A stretch of 49,285 nt of DNA from Polyangiaceae bacterium. Its GTDB lineage: Bacteria; Myxococcota_A; Polyangia; Polyangiales; Polyangiaceae. The translations under genes were made by a program, and so were the position numbers. Position 1 is the first letter of the stretch, and the number at the start of each line of letters is the position of its first letter. The stretch covers positions 1-49,285 of the forward strand of contig JBGANF010000051.1 of assembly GCA_044222475.1 (NCBI GenBank). The letters are read 5' to 3'. Shown here one piece after another: positions 8,715 through 18,202 of the stretch. The notes beneath the pieces were generated by a model. The model was not told where the DNA came from. It saw only the letters and a list, made by a program, of their open reading frames with translations, and ran no database searches.

Positions 8715-9587
8715 ATGACGACCGCCGAGGCGCTCGAGCTCCGCGCGAGCGACGGCGTCTCGATTGCGTGCACATTGCATACACCCGAGAAGCGCCCGAT
8801 CGGCGACGTCGTCCTGGTCCATGGCGCGTTCTCGCGTCAGTCGTCGTTCACGTGGCCCGGCGGGCTCGCCGACTTCTTCCGCGCGGCGGGGTACCGCGTG
8901 ATGACGTTCGATCTCCGCGGCCACGGCAAGAGCGGCACTCCGGCGCGCGAGGGTGGCTCGTGGACGTACGACGACCTCGTGCGCCGCGATCTCCCGGCCG
9001 TCGTGGAGGGGTTGCGATCCCGTCGAGCGCGGGGGCCGCTCGTCGTCGTCGGGCACTCGCTGGGTGGACACGTCGCGCTCGCGGCACAAGGCGCGGGTCG
9101 CATCTCCGCCGACGCGATCGTGACGATCGGGACGACGCTGTGGCGGCGCGAGAACGAGCCGTCGTTCGCCGCGTGGATCGGCAAGCGGGTTCTCCTCCGC
9201 GGATTCCACGTTGCCGCCGAGCGTCGCGGGTACTTCCCCGCGCGGTTCTTTCGCGTCGGAAGTGACGACGAAGCGCTCGGGTACGTGCGCGACATCGAGC
9301 GCATCGTCCGTGACGGGTGGCGCAGCGCCGACGGAGCGGACGACTACGACGCGGCTCTTGGCGCGATCCGGACGCCGGTGTTCGCGATCGCGAGCGGCGG
9401 GGATCGGATCCAGGCGAGCCCCGCGGCGGTCCGGTCGTTCCATGCGCCTTGCGCGAACCTCACCGTCGACGTCGTGGACCGAGCGAACGACGGGGGCCCG
9501 GCCCCGAACCACGCCGAGCTCGTGACGACGATGAAGGCACGGACTTCGTTCGATCGAGTGCTCGCGTTTCTGCGCGATCGGGCCTGA
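8715..9587 (+). CDS. Alpha/beta hydrolase
   Basis: VHG, FDLRGHGKS, GHSLGG nucleophile elbow. Confidence 0.88.
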   Translation: MTTAEALELRASDGVSIACTLHTPEKRPIGDVVLVHGAFSRQSSFTWPGGLADFFRAAGYRVMTFDLRGHGKSGTPAREGGSWTYDDLVRRDLPAVVEGLRSRRARGPLVVVGHSLGGHVALAAQGAGRISADAIVTIGTTLWRRENEPSFAAWIGKRVLLRGFHVAAERRGYFPARFFRVGSDDEALGYVRDIERIVRDGWRSADGADDYDAALGAIRTPVFAIASGGDRIQASPAAVRSFHAPCANLTVDVVDRANDGGPAPNHAELVTTMKARTSFDRVLAFLRDRA

Positions 9588-9607
9588 AGCCGGACTATCC
9601 TCGGTTC

Positions 9608-10324
9608 GTGGCGTTTCGCCCGATCGACGAATGGATGGACACGATCGCCGGACGGGCGGTGATCCGCGCGGTCGTGAGCTACTTCTCCGCGACGTTCGTC
9701 GGCGTCGAGAACGTCCCCAAGAAGGGCGGCGCGCTGCTCGTCGGCAACCACGGAGTCTTCGGGTTCGACGCCTTCGTCCTCGGCGCCCTGCTGGCGCGCG
9801 ACATCGGGCGCATGCCCGTGTGGCTCGCCGATCGACACCTTTGGCGCACGCCCGGGTTCGGCGCCGCGCTCGATTTCGCCGGCGCGATCCGGGGCGAGCG
9901 TGAGAGCGCAGTGACCCACCTGCGAGACGGCGAGCTCGTGGTCGTGTACCCGGGTGGGATCTTCGACTCGTACAAGCTCGCGCGCGATCGTCATCGCTTG
10001 AAGTGGGGCAACCGCGCCGGGTTCGCGCGGGTCGCGATGATGGCGGGCGTGCCGATCGTCCCGATCGCGGCGTGTGGAGTGGACGACATGTACCGCGTGG
10101 TCGCGCGCGAGCCGGGATTGGGCGACCTCTTGTTCGGCGACTCGCGCTACAACTTCCCGATCGCGCTCGGTCGGCTCGGCACGCCGATTCCCAAGAAGGT
10201 ACCGGTCACGATCCGAGCGCTGCCTCACGTCGACACGAACGGGGACGCACAGCGCCCCGAGGACGTGGAGCGGGTGCGGGCTGCGACCTATCGCGCCATT
10301 CAGGAAACGCTCGATCGCAGCTGA
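9608..10324 (+). CDS. Lysophospholipid acyltransferase family protein
   Basis: NHxxxxxD-like GNHGVFGFD, VYPGG, GFARVA...PIVP; TATCCT 6 nt before the GTG start. Confidence 0.85.
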   Translation: MAFRPIDEWMDTIAGRAVIRAVVSYFSATFVGVENVPKKGGALLVGNHGVFGFDAFVLGALLARDIGRMPVWLADRHLWRTPGFGAALDFAGAIRGERESAVTHLRDGELVVVYPGGIFDSYKLARDRHRLKWGNRAGFARVAMMAGVPIVPIAACGVDDMYRVVAREPGLGDLLFGDSRYNFPIALGRLGTPIPKKVPVTIRALPHVDTNGDAQRPEDVERVRAATYRAIQETLDRS

Positions 10325-10338
10325 GGTACGCTCGGCGC

Positions 10339-10989
10339 ATGCAGCCCCAAGGCTACCCTGGCCCTCCTGGCCCTCCTGGCTATCCGCCTCCCGGCGGGTA
10401 CATGCCCCCGCCGCCGCCAAAGAGCGGGTTTCCCACGTGGGCGATCGTCCTCATCGCGACCCTCGGCACCATCGTGCTCTTGGTCGTCGTCATGGGTGTC
10501 CTCGCGGTCGCCGGGATGCGGAGCTACGTCTCGGCGTCGAAGACGGCCGAGGCGACCAACTCGGTGGGCGAGATCTCGCGCAGCGCGATCGACGCGTACG
10601 ACCGCGAGAGCATGTCCTCAGGGCTGCTGTCCGCGGGGGCGACGACCGGGGTCACGACTCATCAGCTCTGCGGCTCGGCGTCGCATCCCGTGCCGCTCTC
10701 GATCAGCGCGGTCTCGGCGCGGAAGTACCAATCGGCGATGAGCGACTGGGGCGGCTCGCCGACCGATGGGTGGGAGTGCCTCCGCTTCGAGATGGTCAGC
10801 CCGCAGTACTATCAGTACGACTACAAGGCCACCGGCTCGGGCAAGGTCGGCGACTCGTACACGGCGTCGGCGAAAGGTGACCTCGACGGTGACGGCAAGA
10901 CGTCGTCGTTCACGATCACGGGACGCGTGTCGAGCGGCGACATCATCATCGCCGATCCGACGCCGAAGGTCGTCGACGCGAACGAGTGA
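10339..10989 (+). CDS. Pilin-like (fimbrial) membrane protein with Pro-rich N-terminus
   Basis: TM helix followed by SYVSASKTAEA, a Cys pair and GDLDGDG, as in myxobacterial pilin-like proteins. Confidence 0.65.
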   Translation: MQPQGYPGPPGPPGYPPPGGYMPPPPPKSGFPTWAIVLIATLGTIVLLVVVMGVLAVAGMRSYVSASKTAEATNSVGEISRSAIDAYDRESMSSGLLSAGATTGVTTHQLCGSASHPVPLSISAVSARKYQSAMSDWGGSPTDGWECLRFEMVSPQYYQYDYKATGSGKVGDSYTASAKGDLDGDGKTSSFTITGRVSSGDIIIADPTPKVVDANE

Positions 10990-12094
10990 GCCAGCGACTC
11001 AAGCCGCCTGAGCGACGGGGGCGGTCTCTTTGTGCGGGATCGGCTTCAGGCGCGACTTGATGAGCGCGATGATCTCTTCTTGGCTGCGCGGCTCTTCGCG
11101 GAGCTCGATCTTCTTGGCTGCGCGGCTCTTCGCGGAGCTCGACGAAGGCCTTCGCGAGCCAGTCGTAGCGGCCGAGGAACAGGTAGAGCGACACCTGGAA
11201 GAAGTCGATCCCCTGGAACACGATCGCGTTCGCCTTCGCGTAGCGCTCGGTGTTCTTCTCGAGGTCTTCCGGCATCTCGGTCCAGTGGCGGTTGGCGCGC
11301 ACGTGGTGACCGATGTGGTAGCCGTCGTTGAAGCAGCGGCGGTTGTAGCGCGTGTTGATGCAGGTCAGGCTGTTGAGCAGCGGGTTCCCCGGCTGGTCCT
11401 GATCGACGAACGCGTGCTGGCCCCAGTTGCCCCACATCATCAGGAACCGCGCCATGAGGTACGGGATGACGAAGACGCAGAGCGTCGGGTTGGGCGCGAA
11501 GCGCAAGCCGACCGCGCAGATCACGTAGTACATGATCTCGCCGCCGATCGCCCAGAACGCGAGCTTCCCGCGGCCGTGCTTGGTCAAGTAGATGGGGAGA
11601 CGGAAGATCGTCGTCACCATGAAGATCGACCAGTAGCGGAGGAAGTGCAGGAAGCTGTCGCGCTGGTAGATGATGGTCGTCGAGAGGTCGTTCTCGAGGT
11701 TGTTCTCGGGGTGGTGCATCCCGACGTGGTGGCCGTAGTAGGCCTCCGGCGGCTGCCCGTAGAACGGGCAGAGGATGAACGGGATGTACTTGTTGAGGAT
11801 CGCGTACTTCGGTTTGAAGAGCGTCCGGTGGCTCGTGTTGTGGAGCATCAGGATGCCCCGGTCGAAGTAGGCGCCGAACAGCAGGCCGATGTACGGGATC
11901 CCGAGCCACCAGCGGAACACGCCGGGGATGAAGAGCGCGATCGCGCACGGGATGAGGATCAGCGTGAAGCTCGCCATCAACCCGAGGAAGGGCAGATCCC
12001 GCTCGTCGTTGATGAGCGAGAGCCCGATCCGCTGGAAGACGTTGGGGTCTTTCACGGGGACGTGGCGGGGGTCGGTGATGGTCGGGAGGGCCAT
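10946..12094 (-). CDS. Membrane fatty acid desaturase; C-terminus frameshifted by a 34-bp duplication (intact stop would be at 10999)
   Basis: His boxes HNTSH, HHVGMHH, QH, HIGHH; GAGGAG RBS. Confidence 0.88.
   Translation of the reverse strand: MALPTITDPRHVPVKDPNVFQRIGLSLINDERDLPFLGLMASFTLILIPCAIALFIPGVFRWWLGIPYIGLLFGAYFDRGILMLHNTSHRTLFKPKYAILNKYIPFILCPFYGQPPEAYYGHHVGMHHPENNLENDLSTTIIYQRDSFLHFLRYWSIFMVTTIFRLPIYLTKHGRGKLAFWAIGGEIMYYVICAVGLRFAPNPTLCVFVIPYLMARFLMMWGNWGQHAFVDQDQPGNPLLNSLTCINTRYNRRCFNDGYHIGHHVRANRHWTEMPEDLEKNTERYAKANAIVFQGIDFFQVSLYLFLGRYDWLAKAFVELREEPRSQEDRAPRRAAQPRRDHRAHQVAPEADPAQRDRPRRSGGLSRWLTRSRRRPSASDRR
11075..11142. repeat. Perfect 34-bp tandem duplication
   Basis: TCTTCTTGGCTGCGCGGCTCTTCGCGGAGCTCGA at 11075-11108 and 11109-11142. 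Confidence 0.97.
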
Positions 12095-12146
12095 GATTCG
12101 GCGGGCTCCTCATATGCCGAAAACGGCCGCGAGGCAACGTTCCCCC

Positions 12147-13574
12147 TCAGCAGCCCCCATGCCCGCGCGATGGAAATATCTTGCCTGGATTGAGCAGCCC
12201 CTTGGGGTCGAAGACCGCCTTCAGGTTCTGCTGCAACCCGATGAGCTCAGGACCCTGCTCGAGCGGCAGGTAGGGGACCTTCGCGAGCCCGATTCCGTGC
12301 TCCCCGCTGATGGTCCCGCCCAAGCCGATCGTGGCCCGCATGAGCCCGTCGATCGCGCGGTCCACCCGCGGCGCTTCGTCGGGGTCGTCCCAGAGGAAGT
12401 TCACGTGCAGGTTCCCGTCGCCGGCGTGCCCGTACGCCAGGTGCCGCACCTTCTCGCGATCGGCGACGTCGCCCGCGCGCGCGAGCAGCTCGGTGATCTT
12501 CGTCCGCGGGACCACCACGTCCTCCGAGAGCTTGTATTTTGCAAGCTTTCGAACCGCCCGCGACATCTTCTTCCGCGCGGCCCAGAGCCGGTCACGCTGG
12601 GCGGCGTCTTGGGCGACCTGAAGAACGACGAGCCCTGGCGCTCCGGCGAGCGCCTCGCCGATGCGCTCCACCTGTCCGTCGGCGTCGTCGCCATCGGCCT
12701 CGACGAGGAGCATCGCGCCGGCGCGCGGGTCGATCGCGACTCCGTCGGCGCGGACCGCGTCGAGGGTCGCGCGATCGAGGAGCTCGAGGCACCGCGGCTG
12801 CGAGCCCGACGCGACGATCGCCGCGACCGCGTCGGCCGCGGCGCGCACGTCGTCGAACAGCGCGAGCAGCGTCGCCACCGACCGCGGCTTCGCGATCAGA
12901 CGCAAGGTGAGCTCGGTGAACACCGCGAGCGTGCCTTCGCTCCCCACGAGCAGGCGCGTCACGTCGTACCCCGTGACGCCCTTCCGCGTGCGCCGGCCAG
13001 TACGGAGCGACGCCCCCGACATCAGCACCGCCTCGGCCCCGAGGACGAAGTCCGTCGTCACGCCGTACTTGAACGCCCGCGGACCGCCGGCGTTCGCCGC
13101 CGCGTTTCCGCCGATCGTGCAGTCGGCCGACGAGCTCGGATCCGGCGGATAGAAGAGCCCTTCCCGCTCTGCCGCGTCGTGGAGCGCACCGGTGATCAAC
13201 CCCGGCTCGACCACCGCGAGCATCTCGTGGCGATCGATCTCCACGATGCGCGCGAGCTTCGTCATCGACAGCACGATGCCGCCGGCGACGCACACGGCGC
13301 CTCCCGTTCGACTCGTGCCCGCCGCGCGCGGCGTCACCGGGATTTCGTGCTCGCTCGCGATCCGCAGGACGCGCCCGACGTCCTCGCGAGCCTCGACCAC
13401 GATCACGACGTCCGGCGTTCGTCCCACCGCGGGACTGTCGTCGCCAGCGAACGACGCGCACGCGTCGGCCTCGGTGATCATCTTCGACGGCCCGAGCTCC
13501 CGGTGCAGCGCCGCGAGCGCCGCATCGAGGCGCGCCGGCGACGGGCGAGGAAGATTTGGGACCTGAAGGGTCAC
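12147..13574 (-). CDS. glcD: FAD-linked oxidase, GlcD/D-lactate dehydrogenase family
   Basis: PPDPSS, TIGGN, GSEGTL, HAGDGNLH, SGEHGIG, LNPGKI. Confidence 0.85.
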   Translation of the reverse strand: MTLQVPNLPRPSPARLDAALAALHRELGPSKMITEADACASFAGDDSPAVGRTPDVVIVVEAREDVGRVLRIASEHEIPVTPRAAGTSRTGGAVCVAGGIVLSMTKLARIVEIDRHEMLAVVEPGLITGALHDAAEREGLFYPPDPSSSADCTIGGNAAANAGGPRAFKYGVTTDFVLGAEAVLMSGASLRTGRRTRKGVTGYDVTRLLVGSEGTLAVFTELTLRLIAKPRSVATLLALFDDVRAAADAVAAIVASGSQPRCLELLDRATLDAVRADGVAIDPRAGAMLLVEADGDDADGQVERIGEALAGAPGLVVLQVAQDAAQRDRLWAARKKMSRAVRKLAKYKLSEDVVVPRTKITELLARAGDVADREKVRHLAYGHAGDGNLHVNFLWDDPDEAPRVDRAIDGLMRATIGLGGTISGEHGIGLAKVPYLPLEQGPELIGLQQNLKAVFDPKGLLNPGKIFPSRGHGGC

Positions 13575-13605
13575 CGGAGTAGTCTACGCCCAAGGAGAGT
13601 GGGTC

Positions 13606-14340
13606 ATGAAGGCATCGCAACTGGCCATCGGCGCCGTTTTCGCAGCATCGACGTTCTTCGCCGCGAAGTCGGCCAGCGCCGACCTGCTGACGCCGCTCGG
13701 CGGACGAGGGCAGCTGGTGATTCAACAAATCGCCGGCTTCCGCGCCGGCGGAGCCGCGAGCCCGAGCGGCGGCGGTTTCTCGTACAGCGGCATCCTCGGC
13801 TTCAACTACAGCCGCTACTCCGAGGGCGTCGTCGGCGCCGGCTCCGACACGAGCAACAACTACGCCTTCACGAGCTTCTGGATCGCGCCTTCGGCCGATT
13901 TCTTCCCGATCGATCACCTGACGATCGGCGCGCTCATCGAGGTCTCCGCGACGATGAACTCGCTCAATCGCAAGGTCGCCGGGGTGAGCCAGTCGGTCGA
14001 TCTCCCCACGACGGTGAACTTCACGCTCCTCCCCCGCGTCGGCTGGATGTTCGCCCTCGGTGACCGCTTCGCGATCTGGCCGCGCGTCGGCGCCGGCTTC
14101 GCGTCGAAGCAGTTCGTCGGAACCGGCGCCGCCGCGACGAAGACGACGTTCTCCGGGTTCGTCCTCGACGTGGACACGACGTTCCTCTTCCGCTTCAACG
14201 AGACCTTCTTCGCCGGCCTCACGCCCGAGTTCACCTTCATCCCGGGCTCGACGACGACGAGCGCCGGCAACGTCTCCGCGTCGGTCTCGTCGAGCGCGCT
14301 CTCGTTCTCCGTCCTCGGTGGCATCGGCGTCATCCTCTGA
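13606..14340 (+). CDS. Outer-membrane beta-barrel hypothetical protein
   Basis: AAGGAG RBS, signal peptide ending ASA, aromatic-rich amphipathic strands. Confidence 0.75.
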   Translation: MKASQLAIGAVFAASTFFAAKSASADLLTPLGGRGQLVIQQIAGFRAGGAASPSGGGFSYSGILGFNYSRYSEGVVGAGSDTSNNYAFTSFWIAPSADFFPIDHLTIGALIEVSATMNSLNRKVAGVSQSVDLPTTVNFTLLPRVGWMFALGDRFAIWPRVGAGFASKQFVGTGAAATKTTFSGFVLDVDTTFLFRFNETFFAGLTPEFTFIPGSTTTSAGNVSASVSSSALSFSVLGGIGVIL

Positions 14341-14353
14341 TAAAGACTCGTCC

Positions 14354-15235
14354 GTGACCCAAGAGTTCCGCCGGTTCCAAGGCACCGAGACCTACCTCAC
14401 CAACGACTCCCTCGAAGCCGCAGTCAACTGCGCGCTCGCGCTCGAGCGCCCGCTGCTCGTCAAAGGGGAGCCAGGGACCGGCAAGACGCTTCTCGCGGAG
14501 GCCATCGCCGAGACGGTCGGTTCGAAGCTCATCCACTGGCCGGTGAAGTCGACGACCCGCGCCCAGGACGGCCTCTACGTCTACGACACCGTCCAACGCT
14601 TGTATGATGCACGTTTCGGCGAGGGCGAGGTCAAGGACATCCGTCGCTACATCAAGCTCGGCCCGCTCGGGCGCGCGTTCGCCGCGAGCGACCCGAACGT
14701 CCCGTCGGTCTACTTCCAAGAAGAGAAGGGCCGTCGCGTGCTCTTGATCGACGAGGTCGACAAGGCCGACATCGAGTTCCCGAACGATCTGCTCCACGAG
14801 CTCGACCGGATGAGCTTCTCGATCTTCGAGACCGGCGACGAGATCGCGGCCAAGGAGCGGCCGATCGTCATCATCACGTCGAACAACGAGAAGGAGCTCC
14901 CCGACGCGTTCCTTCGTCGCTGCGTGTTCCACTTCATCGACTTCCCCGAGCCCGAGCTGATGAAGCGCATCGTGCGGGTGCACCACCCGAAGATCGATCA
15001 AGAGCTCGTCGACCAAGCGGTGGTGAAGTTCTACGAGCTGCGTGAGGTCCCGCGCCTGCGCAAGAAGCCGTCGACCAGCGAGCTCGTCGATTGGATCGCC
15101 GTGCTGCAACGCGCCGGCGTCGGCAAAGATCGCTTCGTGCGCGAGCTCCCGTTCCTCGGCGTCCTCCTGAAGAAGGAGCAAGACGTCGAGCTGATCGCCC
15201 AAGGCGGCGGCAAGAAGCAGGGCTGGCGAAGCTGA
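14354..15235 (+). CDS. MoxR-family AAA+ ATPase (CoxD-like)
   Basis: GEPGTGKT, LLIDEVDKA, TSNNEKELPDAFLRRC, KKPSTSELVDW. Confidence 0.92.
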   Translation: MTQEFRRFQGTETYLTNDSLEAAVNCALALERPLLVKGEPGTGKTLLAEAIAETVGSKLIHWPVKSTTRAQDGLYVYDTVQRLYDARFGEGEVKDIRRYIKLGPLGRAFAASDPNVPSVYFQEEKGRRVLLIDEVDKADIEFPNDLLHELDRMSFSIFETGDEIAAKERPIVIITSNNEKELPDAFLRRCVFHFIDFPEPELMKRIVRVHHPKIDQELVDQAVVKFYELREVPRLRKKPSTSELVDWIAVLQRAGVGKDRFVRELPFLGVLLKKEQDVELIAQGGGKKQGWRS

Positions 15236-15241
15236 CGCGAC

Positions 15242-15257
15242 CGGTACGCGGTTTGCA
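15242..15257 (+). promoter_or_regulatory. Putative sigma54 promoter CGGTACGCGGTTTGCA
   Basis: GG-N10-GC with TTGCA, upstream of the DUF2330 gene. Confidence 0.6.
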
Positions 15258-15342
15258 GAATTCGTGATCGAAGCCCGGTTTTCCGGGCATCACCGTGACA
15301 GTCGTGTCGCGGGTGTCTTGGCTTTGCTTCAGGGGAGTCCCG

Positions 15343-16794
15343 ATGTTCGAACTTCGCTTCTTCGGCGCGGCCGCGATCGCGTGCGCCGTGCTCGCCGCCC
15401 ATTCCACCGCCAGCGCGTGCGGCGGTTGCTTTCACCAGAAAGACGACGCGCCGAGCGTCGTCACCGATCACCGGATGGTGCTCTCGGTCTCGAAGACGCA
15501 GACGGTCCTGTGGGATCAGGTGCGCTACCAGGGCAACCCATCCGAGTTCGCCTGGGTGCTTCCTGTCGGGCCCGGCGCTCGCGTGGAGCTCGCGCGGGCC
15601 GAGTGGCTGAGCGCGCTCGACATCCCGACGGCACCGAAGATCGCGGCCCCCGAGTTCTTCTGTCCGAACGGTGGGACGAGCAGCAGCAACGGCGGAGGTG
15701 GTGGCGGCTGCGGCATGTACTCGGCCGGCGTCGACTACGTGCCGACGGTCGACGCCGGAACCGGCCCGACGTCGGGCTTTCAATCCACCGGTGACGTCAC
15801 GGTGGTGGATCAGTCCGTGGTCGGCCCCTACGTCGCGGTCATCATTCGCGGAGACAGCGGCCTCGCGATCTCGACGTGGTTGACCGACAACGGCTTCGAG
15901 ATCCCGAAGGCGATCGAGCCGACCCTCGCGAGCTACGCCAAGGAGAAGCTCGACTTCCTCGCGCTTCGTCTGCGGCCTGGAGTCGGAGTGCAGGCGATGC
16001 AACCCGTGCGAGTCGTCACGCCCGGCGCCGATCCGACCCTGCCGCTGCGGATGGTCGCCGCCGGCACGGGCGCGTACGTCGGTCTCCTCCTCTACGTCGT
16101 GAGCGAGGGGCGCTACGAAGCCACGAGCTACCCGAACGCGACCATCCCACTCGGAGAGCTCATGTGGGACGCCCGCGCCGCTCGCTCGAACTACGCCGAG
16201 GTCTTCGCGAAGACGGCGAGCGTCGGAAACGGAGCGTGGGTCACGGAGTACTCGGGCCACGACGCGTTCACGACCGCGGCGATGGAGTACCGGCGCGCTT
16301 GCTTCGGTCGTCCCGCGGTCAAGGTCGCGGTGCCCTGCCCGACGCCGGACGCGGGAGTCGACGCCGGGGACGCAGGCGATTTGGACGCAGGCGCCGACGT
16401 CGATGCGGAATCGGACGCGGCGGTGAGCGATGCCGGCGTCGTCGATGCCGGCGGGTGCTTCGAGATGCACGCCGCGTGCGACGTGTTCGACGACGATCAA
16501 GTCGCGACGAAGGGCATGAACCCGTTCGACGTCACCCTGACTCGACTTCGAACGATCTTGCCGACCGACGGCCTCGTCGATCTTCGACTCGGAGCGGCGT
16601 ATGGGACGGTGTCCTCGCAGCTGAAGGCGAAGTCCTTCTCCGTCAAGCCGACGTGCAACTCCTCGTCGCAGACGACGTACCAGAACCCCGGAAGCGGCTG
16701 CGCGTGTGACAGCACCGGGTCGGCGCGGGGCGCGGTGTTCCCCGCGGCGCTGGGTCTCGTCGCGCTGGCGCTGTTGAAGCGTCGCCGTCGATGA
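15343..16794 (+). CDS. DUF2330 domain protein with MYXO-CTERM sorting tail
   Basis: ASACGGCF, FAWVLPV, WLTDNGF, TLPLRMVAAG; tail GCAC...hydrophobic...KRRRR. Confidence 0.88.
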   Translation: MFELRFFGAAAIACAVLAAHSTASACGGCFHQKDDAPSVVTDHRMVLSVSKTQTVLWDQVRYQGNPSEFAWVLPVGPGARVELARAEWLSALDIPTAPKIAAPEFFCPNGGTSSSNGGGGGGCGMYSAGVDYVPTVDAGTGPTSGFQSTGDVTVVDQSVVGPYVAVIIRGDSGLAISTWLTDNGFEIPKAIEPTLASYAKEKLDFLALRLRPGVGVQAMQPVRVVTPGADPTLPLRMVAAGTGAYVGLLLYVVSEGRYEATSYPNATIPLGELMWDARAARSNYAEVFAKTASVGNGAWVTEYSGHDAFTTAAMEYRRACFGRPAVKVAVPCPTPDAGVDAGDAGDLDAGADVDAESDAAVSDAGVVDAGGCFEMHAACDVFDDDQVATKGMNPFDVTLTRLRTILPTDGLVDLRLGAAYGTVSSQLKAKSFSVKPTCNSSSQTTYQNPGSGCACDSTGSARGAVFPAALGLVALALLKRRRR

Positions 16795-17546
16795 AGAGAT
16801 TCGCACTCGTCACGCTCGCCGCGCTCCTCGCGACGCCGCTGGTCGGATGCCAACCCGCAGCGTTCCCCCGAACCGGTGAAGTCGCAGCGCCCGGAAAGCC
16901 GACGGTCGATGCAGCGTTGCAGGTCGTGGCGTACGAACCTCAACGCGTGACCCTCGCGAACGGGCGGTCGCTCGGCTCGAACGTCGCGTTCTTCCCGATC
17001 ATCAGCGTCGACGCGCGCTTCGGCATCGGCGGGTGCGAGATCGGCGGCTTGTACGCGATGACGCGCGTCCTCGCCGAGGTTCGATGCGGGATCATCCAAG
17101 AGCGGCGCGGAGCGCCGTTCTCGCTCGCGACGTCGGGCGCGTTCGGGTTCGACTACGGCCCGCACTTCGGTGCGGTCGGTCGGATCGGGCTCGACGCGAG
17201 CGTTCGGCTCGGCCCGCTGCGCCCGTTGATCGACGTGTACCTCAGCTCGTCCGAGTCGATTCGATGGCTCGAGGATCACGCGCCCGAGCAGCCGCCGATC
17301 GAAGGGCCGTTTCCGGCGTCGAAGTCGGTCATCCGCCACGAGCTCCGGATCACGGTCCCGATCGGGCTCGCGATCCAGCTGCACCGGGGGACCGGCGAAT
17401 ACGGCGATGCTCTCTCCTACTCGCTCGTCATCGGGGCGACGCCGTACCGGGTGATCCACATCGGATCGTGCCGCGACTGCGACGCCATCGCCTCGTGGAC
17501 GGCGGACATGGGAGTCGGATTCACGCTCGGCCTCGAGGTGCACTGA
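16791..17546 (+). CDS. Hypothetical lipoprotein, beta-rich
   Basis: Lipobox LVGC; ATGA-coupled to the upstream gene. Confidence 0.7.
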   Translation: MKRFALVTLAALLATPLVGCQPAAFPRTGEVAAPGKPTVDAALQVVAYEPQRVTLANGRSLGSNVAFFPIISVDARFGIGGCEIGGLYAMTRVLAEVRCGIIQERRGAPFSLATSGAFGFDYGPHFGAVGRIGLDASVRLGPLRPLIDVYLSSSESIRWLEDHAPEQPPIEGPFPASKSVIRHELRITVPIGLAIQLHRGTGEYGDALSYSLVIGATPYRVIHIGSCRDCDAIASWTADMGVGFTLGLEVH

Positions 17547-18201
17547 CAGGCCGTTCGTCCAAGCGAATCAACCCGCGCATTCGCCAACCGACGTCGGCGA
17601 GCCACGTCTTCGCCTCGGCCGTGGGCCGTCTCGAGGACGAAGGGCGCACGTCCGCGAAGCCATCGAACCACTGCGCGGAGGAAAATCGATCGAGCCCCGC
17701 AAGGCGCACACCGTGCTTCTTTGCGTTCATCAGCACGTAGACGAGCGCATTGCGCACCTCCCGCGGAGTCTTCAGCGGGTGGGCGTGATAGCGCTCGCCC
17801 CAGACCCGACCGCGCGCTCGAAGCACGCGGTTGAGCCCACGCGCCAACCGCACGTTGAGCCCGAGCATGCCGCGCGACAGCGCCCGCGCATCGTGCGCCT
17901 CGACGACGAAGTGGACGTGGTTCGTCTGTACCGAGAAGTGGAGCACGCGAAAGTCGGTGCGCGACTTCGTCGCGGCGGCGATGGCCTCGTTCATCGCGGT
18001 GAACAGCGCCTGCTCGCGAAAGGAAGGCAGCCCACCCCGCGCACGGAGCGTCACGTGGACCGGATGGCGGGCGCGGTGGACCGGGCGCGCACGGTGGGGG
18101 ACGACCGGACGCGGCCCCGGCTTCCGTCCCGCCCCGGCACGAGCGCCGCCACGCCGGCGGGCCGGCCGGAAGAGACTCAGTTGGTCCGCAACCTTCACCA
18201 C
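17521..18201 (-). mobile_element. Y1 HUH transposase (IS200/RAYT-like), stand-alone
   Basis: HPVHVTLR, HUH motif QTNHVHFVVE, VWGERYH, catalytic Tyr in ALVYVLMN, FSSAQWF; N-terminal GGARAGAGRKP. Confidence 0.85.
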
Positions 18202-18202
18202 T

